In this document: positions 16,830 to 33,714 of the stretch, piece after piece
Layout of the letters: each line of letters opens with the position of its first letter
Position numbering within the stretch: position 1 is the stretch's first letter
Assembly: GCF_009914755.1 (NCBI RefSeq)
Contig: NC_060926.1
Source: the human T2T-CHM13v2.0 reference genome, Homo sapiens
Length of the DNA: 64,000 nt
Reading direction: 5' to 3' (one strand)
The notes under the pieces: generated by a model
What the model was told of the DNA's origin: nothing
What the model saw: only the letters and a program-made list of their open reading frames with translations
Database searches by the model: none
Made by a program: the position numbers and the translations under genes

Positions 16830-17438
16830 TGATGCTATGAGATGAGACAGTCACCTGTCCTAGTCTTAGAGATCAGAAAGTCCTTTCCAGGCATCCTCCC
16901 CAGATAAACGATCAGAAAATCAAAAACAGCAAGTCACTGGAGGGCCCTTAACTCTCACACAGACACCCCTATCCCCCAGTCAGTAGCCTTACCCACGCCT
17001 CCTTTCCTCACCAAGGTCTCCTGGCCCCCTGCCTTCTGCCTCTGGTGGGTGCTTCCTGAATATTTCCTCAGCAATTAGTGGGCACTTTCATGGCAAGATT
17101 GTTTAATGTTTCACAGCCAGAAAAGAGAGAGGCTGAAGAACAGAGGTGTGATTCTCCCATATTTGAATACTCTGGTGATTAATAACGGAGGAACTTCTGT
17201 TTTGAAAACAAGTATTCACCAGCCCCAAGGGGAAAGGAAATGAATCCAGCAAGCTCAGACACCAACACAAGACACATAAATAATCTGTCGCACTGCAGCT
17301 CTTTTATTTATTACATAAAAGATGTCTTTTAAAAAAAATAGGTCATGCATGCATATAGTTAAAAAAAATTCTAAAAGTCCAAAGGAGTATACAACGAAGA
17401 GTCTCCTTCCCCCGCCTAACCCCTAGTCCCTTTTCTAA

Positions 17439-17941
<503 letters not shown>

Positions 17942-18265
17942 TATCTCACTCATCTTAATGGCTGCATACGAGTGTATGAGCACCGGCTCAGGCCCCCATG
18001 AATGGATATTTACGATGGTTATGATCTTTACCTACTTCAGCCGAGCTACAAGGGAACCTCTTTGTGAACGGTGCTGAGGGGAGTAACTATCAGCGCTTCA
18101 GTGCTAGGGTTCCTGAGGCACTCTGGCTCCTCCCTTTCCAGAGTCTTAGTGTTTCAGCTTTTCCTTTTATTCTGTGAATTACTTCAGCATCTACCAACAG
18201 AGCGTCATTGTTTTCTTTTCCTTGAGTCTGTCAGAGGGGTCTCTGTTGCTTGCTAGAATGGATCC

Positions 18266-18487
18266 AGGGGTCCCAATAACCCTGGCCCATGGGCCAAATC
18301 CAGCTTGTCATCTGTTTTTATAAATAAAGTTTTATTAGAACACTGTTATGCACAATGATTTATTAATTGTCTATGGTTCCTTTCATGCTAATGGCAGAGT
18401 TGAGTAGTTGCAATAAAGATCATATGGCCTGAAAGCTCAAAACATTTACTATCTGGCCCTTTACAAAAAAAAGTGTGCTGACTCCGG
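18266..18487. mobile_element. MER58A (hAT-Charlie)
   Basis: 'caggggtc...ggccaaatccagc...aataaagttttattagaacac...atttactatctggccctttaca'. Confidence 0.8.
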
Positions 18488-19046
18488 ATTTAAAGCCAGG
18501 CCCTCCCCACATAAAGCCTTAAAATCTCTGTCACTGAAGTGTAGGGGCGTGGGATGGAGGGGAACAGTCCTGCTGCCTCTGGAATCATCACATACAAAAC
18601 CAGGTCCTTGCCAGGCATCACAAGATAATCCAGGCTGATCCACTCAGACCCTGTGTCTCCTAGAGGCCTTGGGGTCCCTTGGCTCTACCAACACAATCCC
18701 CGCCAAGTCTTCTTCCAGCCTACCTCGAGAGACAGAGAAAGGCCCTACTCATTTTGTAATGAGAACTCCTTGAAGAGCCCTGACCTCTGAGATGTATTTG
18801 AAAAGGCCAGAGGCACCCACCACATTTCCTCCATCTTTTCCAAGGCATATGTACAGCACTGGAGCACAGGGCAGTTGTCCTCTCCCCACTCTCCCCATAT
18901 AACACCCAGACACTCTAGAGGGACAGATGTGTTCTAAGAGGGTTAGACATGGGATGAAACTGTCCAAAATACATGCAATAAATGTGTATAGAGCATTTCT
19001 GGAAGAAAAGAAAACACAAGTAACTTTTAACAGTGTTACTAGCCAG

Positions 19047-19723
<677 letters not shown>

Positions 19724-20469
19724 TAAAAAAAAAAACTAAATGAAATCACCTCTACAACCTGTGAAACAAGCCACCATCTTATCTATTCTGGGACCATAAA
19801 TAATTGTTGTTTTCATCAAGATGGAAAGTTTTACAAAGTTAACCATGAAAAGGGATCCGCCCTAGGGGAGAAGTGGGAAGAGGGGAATGGGGGTGAGCGA
19901 AGAGTGAGGAAAAGAAGGTCCATACAAGTGGCTCCAATTCTGGAAGAGAACAAAAGTTAAAGGTGCTTCTAGGAAGACAAAAGACATATTTTAGGACAGA
20001 AACTCTCCCCCTAACCTTTTTGAATAGTAAAGAATGCTCAGAGCTGCGGAGATGGTGCCCATGTGCTTGGAAGTGAAGCAAAATTCCTACATTCCCTGAT
20101 GGGCCCATCCTGTGCCTGTTCTCAGGGTGAGAGGAAGGAAGGAGAGAGAGGACCCTCCCAGAAGAAGACTAGGATCTATGACACCTGGAGGTTGGGAGAA
20201 AAAGAGAAAGCAGGGTGAGGACATGATCAGGCTGTGGGATAAAGCAGGCAGAAAGGTTCCTAAGGAGCCTCTTCCCTGCAGAAGCAGAACTCAGGCCACC
20301 AGGAGAAGAGCAAAGGACCCTCACTTCCCACCCACAAACTGCCTGGACACCCCCAGCTAAGAGACCAAATAAGGGAGCAGAAGAGGCCTCCACATGGGTC
20401 AGGAAGAGAGGGGGATTCTACCCATACCTGCATACATGCTCCAAACACACCAGGCATCAAACATCCCCC

Positions 20470-20963
20470 TGTGGTAGGCAGAGTTTTGGCCAAGATGTAA
20501 TGAAGGTTACTGATCAGACGACTTTAAGACAGGGAGATTATATGGGATTATTGGGGTAGGCCTAATCTAATCACAAGAGCCCTTAAAACAAAAGCAGAGA
20601 TCCTCCCTAACTGGTGGCAGAAGCAGACACAGAGTCAAAGCATGGGCAGGACTCGACAGGCCATCATTGGCTTGAAGATGAAGGTGGTGGCATGTGTCAA
20701 GAAAACGGAGACCTCAGTCCTACAATCATAAGGAACTGAATTCTGCCAACAACCTGAATGGGCCTGGAAGGGGAATCTTCTCCAGAGCCTTCAGATAAAA
20801 GACCAGGCTGGCCCACACCTTGATTCTGGTCTTGTGAGATTCTAAGCAGAGGATGATTCCACCTGTACTTCCGACTTACAGAAGCTGTGGAATCACACAT
20901 TTGTACTGTTTTAAGCTGTTAAATTTGTGGTAATTTGTTATGGCAGCAATAGAAAACTAATAT
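20470..20963 (+). mobile_element. MLT1 (E/F-like) MaLR LTR
   Basis: 'tgtggtaggcaga...aaggaactgaattctgccaacaacctgaatg...gtaatttgttatggcagcaatagaaaactaata'. Confidence 0.8.
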
Positions 20964-21318
20964 GCCTCCCAAAATCAAAATGAAATCAATTCCAGAAATA
21001 GTTGTTGAGCACTTACTAGATATGAAACTCTAAAATTCCAGGGCCACAGGTAAGGGCATATTCCAGCTACCCAGGAGGAACACAGCCATCATTAGATAGG
21101 ATTTCCACCCAGCAAAAAGCAGTGAGGCTGAAATGCTGATATCCCCAGGAATGGGCTCATGAGACTAACACGGGAGGACAGAAGAGGCCCCTAGCACCAG
21201 ACAGAAGGCCTGGTTAAGGAGGAAAGGCTGGATGGCAGGAGGTGCTATTTAATTGACTACACAGTCTTGACTGGGCCGGCCTCTACTCTCATCTTTGTGA
21301 ATCAGACAGGAGTTTCCT

Positions 21319-22287
21319 TGTGGGGAAAAGCAAGAGAGATCAGATTGTTACTGTGTCTGTGTAGAAAGAAGTAGACATAGGAGACTCCATTTTGTTCTGT
21401 ACTAAGAGAAATTCTTCTGCCTTGAGATTCTGTTAATCTATAACCTTACCCCCAACCCCGTGCTCTCTGAAACATGTGCTGTGTCAAACTCAGGGTTAAA
21501 TGGATTAAGGGCTGTGCAAGATCTGCTTTGTTAAACAGATGCTTGAAGGCAGCACGCTCTTTAAGAGTCATCACCACTCCCTAATCTCAAGTACCCAGGG
21601 ACACAAAAACCGTGGAAGCCCGCAGGGACCTCTGCCTAGGAAAGCCAGGTATTGTCCAAGGTTTCTCCCCATGTGATAGTCTGAAATATGGCCTCATGGG
21701 AAGGGAAAGACCTGACCGTCCCCCAGCCCGACACCTGTAAAGGGTCTGTGCTGAGGAGGATTAGTATAAGAGGAAGGCATGCCTTTTGCAGTTGAGACAA
21801 GAGGAAGGCATCTGTCTCCCGCCCATCCCTGGGCAATGGAATGTCTCGGTATAAAACCCGATTGTACGTTCCATCTACTGAGATAGGGAAAAACCGCCTT
21901 AGGGCTGGAGGTGGGACATGCGGGCAGCAATACTGCTTTGTAAAGCATTGAGATGTTTATGTGTATGCATATCTAAAAGCACAGCACTTGATTCTCTACC
22001 TTGTCTATGATGCAAAGACCTTTGTTCACGTGTTTGTCTGCTGACCCTCTCCCCACTATTGTCTTGCGACCCTGACACATCCCCCTCTCGGAGAAACACC
22101 CACGAATGATCAATAAATACTAAGGGAACTCAGAAGCTGGCGGGATCCTCCATATGCCGAACGCTGGTTCCCTGGGTCCCCCTATTTTTTTCTCTATACT
22201 TTGTCTCTGTGTCTTTTTCTTTTCCAAGTCTCTCGTTCCACCTAACGAGAAACACCCACAGGTGTGGAGAGGCAACCCACCCCTTCA
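21319..22287 (+). mobile_element. Solo HERV-K (HML-2) LTR, LTR5_Hs-type
   Basis: 969 bp TGTGGGGAAAAGCAAGAGAGATCAG...CAACCCACCCCTTCA. Perfect 6-bp TSD tttcct (21313-21318 / 22288-22293). TATAAAA at 21850, AATAAA at 22112. Confidence 0.95.
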
Positions 22288-23241
22288 TTTCCTGATGCAG
22301 CTCTGTACAAAATGGCCTGACTTCCAGGGCCAGCCTCAAGGTCTCGGGGAGACAAGGGATGGCTCAGCAGAGAGCTCTGTCCCACTTAAGGAGACTCAGC
22401 TTCATCCAGAGTCTGCTGCACTACCTGTGCACAGTGCAGGGTGCGAAGGCACAAGCATATTGAATTAGGAAATCCATACTCCTTCACTACAGCTTGAGGC
22501 TACAATGGCTGGGACATCTACTTCTCTCAGTGGAGGTGAAAGCTATGTTGTGGGGAAAAGTACATGCTAAGATAATTAAGGCCATTGACTCAAAACAGGA
22601 TTCAGAGAGTGCTATTCAGGTCTATTCCTTGGCCTAGGACGTCCCAGAGGGTAATTTCATACTGATCCTTTTTGGGTAAGAACCTGTTTTCTCCAAAGTG
22701 GAAATATCTTGATTACTTTCTCTGATGACACTTCACCATGGTTAAAACATTCGTACAACACAGCAAATGCAAAACCAACCCCATGATCCCAAGTCGTAGA
22801 AATAACCCTCGTTAACTATATTTTCCACACTACTTTTAATACACATTCACATGTGCACACACTCAACTCTTTAAATACAAACAGAAATCGATATATTATT
22901 TACAGCTTCTTTCGCCTAAGAAGGCACAATACAGCAATACAAAGATCTAGCTTGTTTTTTAATTGCTTCATTGCTGGAAATAGCTGCATTGCTGATAAGA
23001 GAAAAATATGGGTATCAACTTAAATGCCCATCAAAAGGGGATGACAAATAAATTATGCTCCATCTATGCCATGAAATATTATGTAGCCATTAAAAATTAG
23101 GTAGATGTATTTATGCTCATATAAAAGTATTTCCAAAATAAATTTAATAAGCAAAGTGAGAACTCTCATGTATACTATAATACTGCTTTTAAAAAAAAGA
23201 AGTGTGTGTAAAATGTGTGTATACACACACACATATATTAG

Positions 23242-23559
<318 letters not shown>

Positions 23560-23984
23560 ATATATTAGTTTTTTAAGAGGATACACAACTGTGAGTAGTG
23601 ATTATGTTGACCATGAATTGAGTGAGAAGGAAACTCAGTTTTTCCTGTGCATTTTTGTGCATTGTTTCTTTTGTTCCTTTTCTTTTTTAACGTACGAATG
23701 CTTCTTTACCAACTCCATTAATTGAGGATGTGTATCTGTCCTGTCCATGACTATATCCCCAGGGCTTAGAATAATAACTGCTCTTTATAAGGTCATTCAA
23801 TAAATATTTACTTGAAGAACAACTTTGTGGACTAATCTATTAAAAATGCTCCAGTTAACATCCCTGCTCTTGCGTCTCTGGCCTGAGGTGAGGTTTGAGG
23901 CTGGGTTCAGCCCTTTCCCACCTCCCCCTGAGTGACACTAAGCAAAATTGTCCTTAGAAACATCCCAACTCCTGGAGTACTTAC

Positions 23985-24061
23985 CAACAAAGGAAGATGT
24001 CTGTGAATGTCTCTGCTGTGGTGAAAAGTGCAAATATAATCCAGTACATCATCCATTTGAC
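23985..24061 (-). CDS. REEP1: REEP1 coding exon 3 (77 nt), encodes [25 protein letters not shown](W)
   Basis: Minus strand tttcaacag|GTCAAATGG...CTTTGTTG|gtaagt. The peptide appears at the end of ORF 23981..24250(-) and carries the REEP/DP1 'W..YW' motif. Confidence 0.97.
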
Positions 24062-26358
24062 CTGTTGAAACAGAAAGCAACACAGCTGGTAGAAAAGGTC
24101 CAGGAAAAACACTGCCCAACACCAGGAAGAACAGGCCCCGGCGGCAGATACGGAGGCACGTCCAGGTGGTGCAGCCTGCATTTGTAGCCTTCTCCCTATC
24201 CTTCCCCAGCTTATGTCCAGTTCTGCTCCAGATCTTGAAGCTGGAAGCAAATGGGCTGTTCCACAACTGACTCAGGCTGAAGGTCATATGGCCCTAAAGT
24301 GAGCCGGGGAGACCTGCGGACCAAGAGTGACCCAGGATTCAATCAGGTCATTTTTCAGAACATCAGGGGAGAAAATGCTCTAGGCCTCTACACAAACACA
24401 CCCTGGAATGAAGTGTAACTGGGCCACACTCTCTGGGATGGCATGGTAGTAATCTAGGAATTCTGATCTTCCTTTTTATCTCTCCCATGTGACCATCCTT
24501 TTCAATTTCTACTGCCTTTCTCCCCTAAGGCCTTTGTCCCCTCTCTCTTGAACTACTCCTACTTCCCTTGTTTCCTGACTTTCCCCTCAGCAACCCATCC
24601 TAATACCAAGCCACCCCTGTACTATTCTCCCAAAAGTATAAACTCATCAGACTATCACCCCATTTAAAATATCCCAGCCTGCAGAATCAAGTCCAGATTC
24701 CTTAGTCTACTCCTTCTGGCTTCTGGCAAAAGTGAGGTAGCTTATATTGAACTAAGGCTCCTACTAATAATGATAATAAACACCAAACAAAATATTTCAA
24801 AACAACTGTTTGAAGGCCCTGGAGAGCAATATAAAAAGCAGACAGAGACTGGAAGGGGTTCAAGCTTTGGAGCACGGGAACCACACTGGGTTAGTACAAG
24901 TCAGTGCGGCTGAGGACAGTCCTCACTCTGCACATCATGGGGCAGAGAGAACTCAATCTCAAATCCAGAGTCTTATTTGTCCAAAGAAAAGGAGAATGCA
25001 GTTTGAGACTGCCAGAGATGCTGGAAGTGGACAGAGAAAAATCTCAGAATTAGGGAAGCCATAAAGGGGCACCCCAAAAATCTACATATAAATTCTCTTC
25101 AAAAACTTGGCAGGTCCCTGAAATGCACAGAAGCAGGTAAGACTCCAAGCGAAGAAGTCTGTATAATAATATAGATATAAATACATATAGATATAAATGT
25201 AGATATAAACAGCTGGAAAGCTGAAAAGCTCAGAGTTGAGCAGAGATTTAGCTTCTGCCCACTGTTGGGGAAACAAAGTTTGGAATTCAAGTCATGCAAA
25301 GTTAGAGGGGTTTGGTAAGCATTTGGAATTTCCAGTGAAACACCTGGAAGACCACATCTTAGCAATAAAAATTACATCCTAACACTAAGAGATTAACTCT
25401 ATGACTAAGAGCAAAATTTAAATATACCTGCCCAAACAAAACGTATCTAGCTGCCACAGGGTCAAGGTGATCTGCCTGAATTTAACTGCCTGCTAGAACA
25501 ACACTCAACATTCTTCACAAGAAGGCAAAAAAAAATCTACAACCTAAGTCTATCAATGGATGACTGAATAAAGAAAATGGGGTGTATATACATACATATA
25601 TATATATGCACAATGGAATACTACCCAACCATAATAAAAAATCATGTCTTTTGCAGCAATATAGATGGAACTGGAGTCCATTATCATAAGTAGAATAACT
25701 CAGAAACAGAAAGCCAAATACTGCATGTTCTCACTTATAAATAGGAGCTAAATAATGTGTACACATGGACATAGAGAGTGGAATAATAGACTTTGGAGAC
25801 TTGAAAAGGTGGGAAGGTAGGAGGGGATGAGGGATGAGAAACTACCGAATGGGTACAATTTAGACTACTTGGGTGATGGTTACACTAAAAGCCCAGACTT
25901 CATCACTATGTAATATATCCACGTAACAAACCTGCACTTGTACCCCCTAAAGCTATAAACACAAAAAAATAAGAAAAATGTATAAAATATCTGTGGTTTC
26001 CACAATGAATCACACACAAGGTTCTGTATACAATAAAATACTACACGTGAGGGAATAGGAAAATATAATCCATGGTTAGGAGAAAAATTGGTCAATAGAA
26101 ACAGATCCACAGATGACTTCGATATTAGAATTAGCAGACAAGGGCTTTAAAAGGTATCAATACGTTTTGAGTTAACTAGATATCCACATGTAAAATAATA
26201 AAGTTGAACAACTTCATACCATATACAAAAATTAACTTCAAATGGATCAGAGTCCTAAATGTAAGAGTTAAAACTATAAAACACTTACAAGAAAAACATA
26301 TAATTAAATATTTCTGACCTTGGATCAGGCAATGCTTTCTTAGATGTACTACCAAAAG

Positions 26359-26704
<346 letters not shown>

Positions 26705-26746
26705 GATATACTACCAAAAGCACACACACAAAAAAACAAACTAAAA

Positions 26747-27060
26747 GGCCAGGCGTGGTGGCTCACGCCTGTAATCCCAGCACTTTGGGAGGCCGAGGTG
26801 GGTGGATCACGAGGTCAGGAGATCGAGACCATCCTGGCTAACACGATGAAACCCCGTCTCCACTAAAAATGCAAAAAATTAGCCGGGCATGGTGGTGGGC
26901 ACCTGTAGTCCCAGCTACTCAGGAGGCTGAGGTAGGAGAATGGCATGAACCCAGGGGGAAGAGGTTGCAGTGAGCTGAGATTGGGCTACTGCACTCCAGC
27001 CTGGGTGACAGAGCAAGACTCTGTCTCAGGGAAAAAAAAAACAAAAAAAAACAACCAAAC
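26747..27060 (+). mobile_element. AluY/Sc-like
   Basis: 'gatcgagaccatcctggctaacac', 'agaatggcatgaaccc'. Confidence 0.85.
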
Positions 27061-27145
27061 TAAAAAATTTACTGGGAGGCCAAGATGAGAGAATTGCTTG
27101 AGGCCAGGAATTTGAGATCAGCCAGGGCAACATAGTGAGAGCCCA

Positions 27146-27525
27146 TGATATGGTTTGGATGTGTGGTTGTGTCCCCACTTAAATCTCTTCTCAAATTGTA
27201 ATCCAATTTTAATCCCCACATGTCAGAGGAGGGACTTGGTGGGAGGTGATTGGTTCATGGGGGCGGTTTCCCCCATGTGGTTCTCATGATGGTGAGTGAG
27301 TTCTCACAAGATCTGATGGTTTTATAACAGGTAGTTTCCTTTGCTGTCTCTCTCTGTCCTGCCACCTTGTGAAGAAGGTGCCTGCTTCCCCTTCACGTTC
27401 CACCATGATTGTAAGTTCCCTGAGGCCTCCCTAGCCATGCAGAACTGTGAGTCAATTAAACCTCATTTATAAATTACCCAGTCTCAGGGAAGTTCTTTAT
27501 AGCAGTGTGAAAACAGACTAATACA
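27146..27525 (+). mobile_element. THE1D MaLR solo LTR inserted into an AluJ (Alu halves ~27073-27145 and 27526-27710)
   Basis: TGATATGGTTTGG...GAAAACAGACTAATACA. Internal 'gtgaagaaggtgcctgcttcccc' and 'gattgtaagttccctgagg' match THE1D. Confidence 0.88.
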
Positions 27526-29184
27526 CACTGTCTCCACTAAAAAACTCAAAAAGTAGCCAGGCATGGTGTCACACACCTGTAGTCCTAGCTAGCTATTTGG
27601 GAGGCTGAGGCAGGAGGATGGCTTGAGCCCAGGAGTTCAAGGCTGCAGTAAGCTATGATCATGTCACTGCCCTTCAGCCAGGGCAACAGAGCAAGATCCT
27701 ACCTCAAAAAGAAGACAAATTAGACTTCATCAAAATTAAAAACTGTTTTGCTTCAAAGGACACCATCGAGAAAGTAAAAACACAACCCACAAAATGGTAG
27801 AAAATATTTGCACATCATTCATCTGATAAGGTACTTATATCTAAATATATAAAAAACTCTTATAACTCAACAATAAAAGGGTACATAACCCAGTTAAAAA
27901 CGTGCAAAGGGCCCATAGTCTATTTAAGAAACTGAATCAGTAATGAAAAAAATCCAACACTCATTTGTGACTTAAAAAAAAAAAACCTTAGCAAAGTAGA
28001 AATAGAAGGGAAGCTCCTCAACTTGATAAAGAACATATTTTTTTTAAAACCCTACAGCTAACATTAGACTTACTGGTGAGAAAATAGATGATTTCCTCCT
28101 AAGATCAGAAAAAGGGCAAAGTTATTCTCTTCCATCACTCCTATATCATAATGGAAGTCCTAGATAATGCAATAAGACAAGAAACAGAAAACATATACAG
28201 ACTGGGAAGAAAGAGATAAAACCATTTTTCCTCATAGATGGTGTAACTGTCTACGTAGAAAATCCCAAGGAACTCACCAAAAAAATCCTCCTGGGATTAA
28301 TAAATGATTAGAGCAAGGTTGCAGGATACAAGGTTAATGTATAAAAGTCCATTGCTTTCCTACATAATAACTGGAACTTGAAATTAAAACACAAATGCTA
28401 CTTATGTTAGTACCATCTAAAAATGAATAACTTAGAAATGTATCAAACAGGATATGTAAAAAGTCTATATAAAGGAAACTATACAAATGATAGAAATCAA
28501 AGATCTAAATAAATGGAGAAATATTTCATGTTCATATATAGGAGAACTCAATATTGTCAAGATGTCAGCTCTTCCCAACTTGATCTATAGATTCAATGCA
28601 ACCCCAATCACAATCCCAGCAAGTTTCTTATGGATATCAACAAACCGATTATAAAGTTTATATGGAAAGGTAAAAGACCAGAACAATTAATATAATACAA
28701 AAGAAGAACAACATTGAAAGACTAAAGCTATCAGATTTCAAAACTTAATGTAAAGCTAAAATAATCAAGACCATGTGCAACTGGTAAAAAAATAAACAAA
28801 TAGATAAATGGAACAGAACACAGATCCCAGAAATAGACCCACGCAAGTATAGTGATTTGATCCTTGACAAAGGAGCAAAAGCAATTCAGTAGAGAAAAGA
28901 TGGTCTTTTTAACAAATGATGCTGGGAAAACTGGACATTCACATGCAATAACAACAATGAAAAATGGATCTAGGCACTGACCTTACATCTTTCACAAAGA
29001 TTAACTCAAAATGGATCATAGGTCTAAATGCAAAGCACAAGACTAAAAAACTTCTAGAAGACAACATATAAGAAAATCTAAAGACCTCGGGCTTTGGCAC
29101 TGAGTTTTTGGATACAACATCAATGGTATGATCTATGAAAGAAAAAAATCGTTAAGTTGGACTTCATTAAAATTCAAAACCTTT

Positions 29185-29745
29185 TTTCTTCATCCCTTCT
29201 GTCTATAAAGCCAATCCCTTCAGCTCAGCTTGTTAGAACACTTGTTCTATTTTATAGAATGAAGTGTTGCCCAATTCTAGGCTCATAATAAAGTCAACTG
29301 AGGTATTTAAACTAAATTTGTTGTAATTTTGCCTTTGACCCTGAACTCCACTGTGGAAAATATCCTACTAGTCCCCCAAATTGTCTAAGTTATATTTGTT
29401 GTTGCCATTTCATCTGCAAAATTAGCTAACTCCTAGATTATAACACTTTATGGCATTCAGTGACAAATGTCCTAAATATTTTACTTCGGTTTGACAAATT
29501 ACAATTTGTCCAGTGAGGTCTGAAGTCCCTGTGGGTGAGGAATTCTAACTAAGCCAAAGTATCAATTTTGCATTGCTCTTTTGATTCTTAGGCTACCAGC
29601 AAACCATCTACATACTGGATTATAAGCCAAAAATAAAATTCTAAGCTCCCAACCAACTGAATGGCCCCTTCCTCCCAGCAAAGGACATTTAAAAATAAAC
29701 CTGAAACACTAGTGCAGGACATGATGGTAATAGGTGGTCAGGAAA
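29185..29745 (+). mobile_element. ERV1 MER4-group (MER34/MER39-like) LTR fragments
   Basis: 'ctattttatagaatgaagtgttgcccaattctag...aaactaaatttgttgtaattttg' and 'agccaaaaataaaattctaagctcccaaccaactgaatgg'. Confidence 0.55.
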
Positions 29746-30189
29746 AAATAATAATAAAATTAAAAACTTCCGCTCTGCACAGGTAACATTTAGAGAACAA
29801 GGAGACTGGGAGAAAATATTTATAAAACACATATCTGATAAAGCACTTATATTTAAAATATAAAAAAAAAACTCTTAAAACTCAACAATAAGAAAACAAA
29901 CAACTCAATTTTCTCCCACAGATTGGGAGAAAATATTTTGCAAGATATATATCTGATACAGGACTTGTATTCAACATATACAAAGAACTCTTAAAACTCA
30001 ACAATAAGAAAACAAACAACCCAATTAAAAAATGGGCAAAAGATCTGAACAGACACTCCACAAAGAAGATATACAGATATACAGCAACTTATTAACAAAA
30101 CTTTTATTATGAAAACTAAACTTTTGTTTTGTCACCACATAACAAGATACTTATCCTAGGAGGAAAAGGATGCGTTCAGTATCATTTTT

Positions 30190-30510
<321 letters not shown>

Positions 30511-30921
30511 ATATTTTTCTTTAAAAAGTATAAATATGTTAAAGAATCTAAAAGAAAATGTGAATACAATGAGTGGAGAGATGGGGGATTTCAAGAGAAA
30601 GAAGGAAACTCTTAAAAAAGAAACAAATGATATCCTAGAATTCAAAAGCACAATATCTGAAATGAAACAGTATGACAGAATTAACAGCATATTGGATACA
30701 ACAAAAGAAAAGATCTGTGTATTTGAAGACAAATCCAGACTAAAGCCATGCAGACTAAAGCCTAGATTGGAAAACAACACTGAGAGGCTCAATATGTGTT
30801 GGACTGCATCAGGCAGTCTAACATACATGTAATAGGAATTCCAGAAGGAAAGAAACATGAGAATGGAGAACAAAAAAAAACACTTGAAGAATACTGGCTA
30901 CAAAGTTCTAAAATTTGATTA

Positions 30922-31260
<339 letters not shown>

Positions 31261-31956
31261 TCAGTGAATCCCAAGCAAGATAAATACAAAGAAAAAGAAA
31301 ACCATACCTAGGCAAGTCATAGTAAAACTGCTTAAAAAAAAAAAAAGAAAGAAAAGAAGAGAAAAAAAGAAAAATCATTACCATACAGAAAATCTTAAAA
31401 GCAGAGAGGATGCAAAGATACATTACACACAAGAGAATGAGAATAAGAATGATAGCTGACTTTTCATTGGAAAAAATGACTATCAGAAAAAATGGAATAA
31501 CATCTTTAAAGTGCTAAAAGGAAAAAAAATGTCAACCTAGAATTCTATACCCAGCAAAAATATCTTTCAAAAAATGAAAGCTGTTCTGGTGAATCCATGT
31601 TGTCTTTGTGACTCTAAAACATGTTTCTCAGTGGATTACTTACAGATCTTCTCTATCAGAAAAACAAGGTAGGTTTAGTCCATCAAATAACTACTGTCTG
31701 AGACACTGCACACTGCCAGGTTGTCTGTAGCAGCACTGACTCCTTAGCAGGGGGCAAATGAGGTTTTGTCCAGTGGTAAAGTCTATAGCCTGCTGGGGCT
31801 CAGGATCTGGGAATTCTCAACATCAGTATCCAGACACATTGTCAGGAGCCTGAATTCCTTCTTTATAGGCTTTTTCTTTTTAGTAGTCAATTCATGTTTT
31901 GGGTCTTCAATTAGAGCAAAAGGACAATGATAACAATTTTAAAAATCCCTCTCCTT

Positions 31957-32245
<289 letters not shown>

Positions 32246-32855
32246 TTTTTAAAAATCCCTTTCCTTGATGCAACCCTTAGCTACAAACTTCTCCAGTGAG
32301 TCATCTATACTTGCAAGATCTACTTTCTCATTCCTCACTTGCTCACTGCAGTGCATCCATTACATCAAAATTGCTCTCACTGGGGCCTCCACTTTGTAAC
32401 ATACTTCAAGGAAGTGTAAGAAACCTCTTTTCAGTTTTTACTTGGCTTGCTTGACTTTTTGGCTAGTAGTGAAACAATCACATACTGAAAAGCTCTCCCA
32501 ACACTACAATTGTCCTGGTTTCCCAATTGCTTTTCTTGCCACTTCTTCTCAGTGTCTTCATTTCCTCCCTAGAGCTCTGTTCTAGACATCTGCTTCTAAC
32601 TCTAGACTAGACACTGTCCCTAGGGAAAACTGTACATTCCTCACCTAACACAGGTAACCAATCCCCAAGTTCTGTCACTTCCACCCTCTTGTATTTTTCT
32701 TGAACCTGTCTTATTTTCTCCATTCTCCTCTGCCATTTCCTTACTTCAGAACACCACCATCTCCTGTTTAGAATAGTTACAACTTTATGCTGGTCTTTAC
32801 ACCTCTGTCCCCTTCACAATCCATCCTCCAAATTCCAGCCAAAATGATTTTCTTA

Positions 32856-33714
<859 letters not shown>

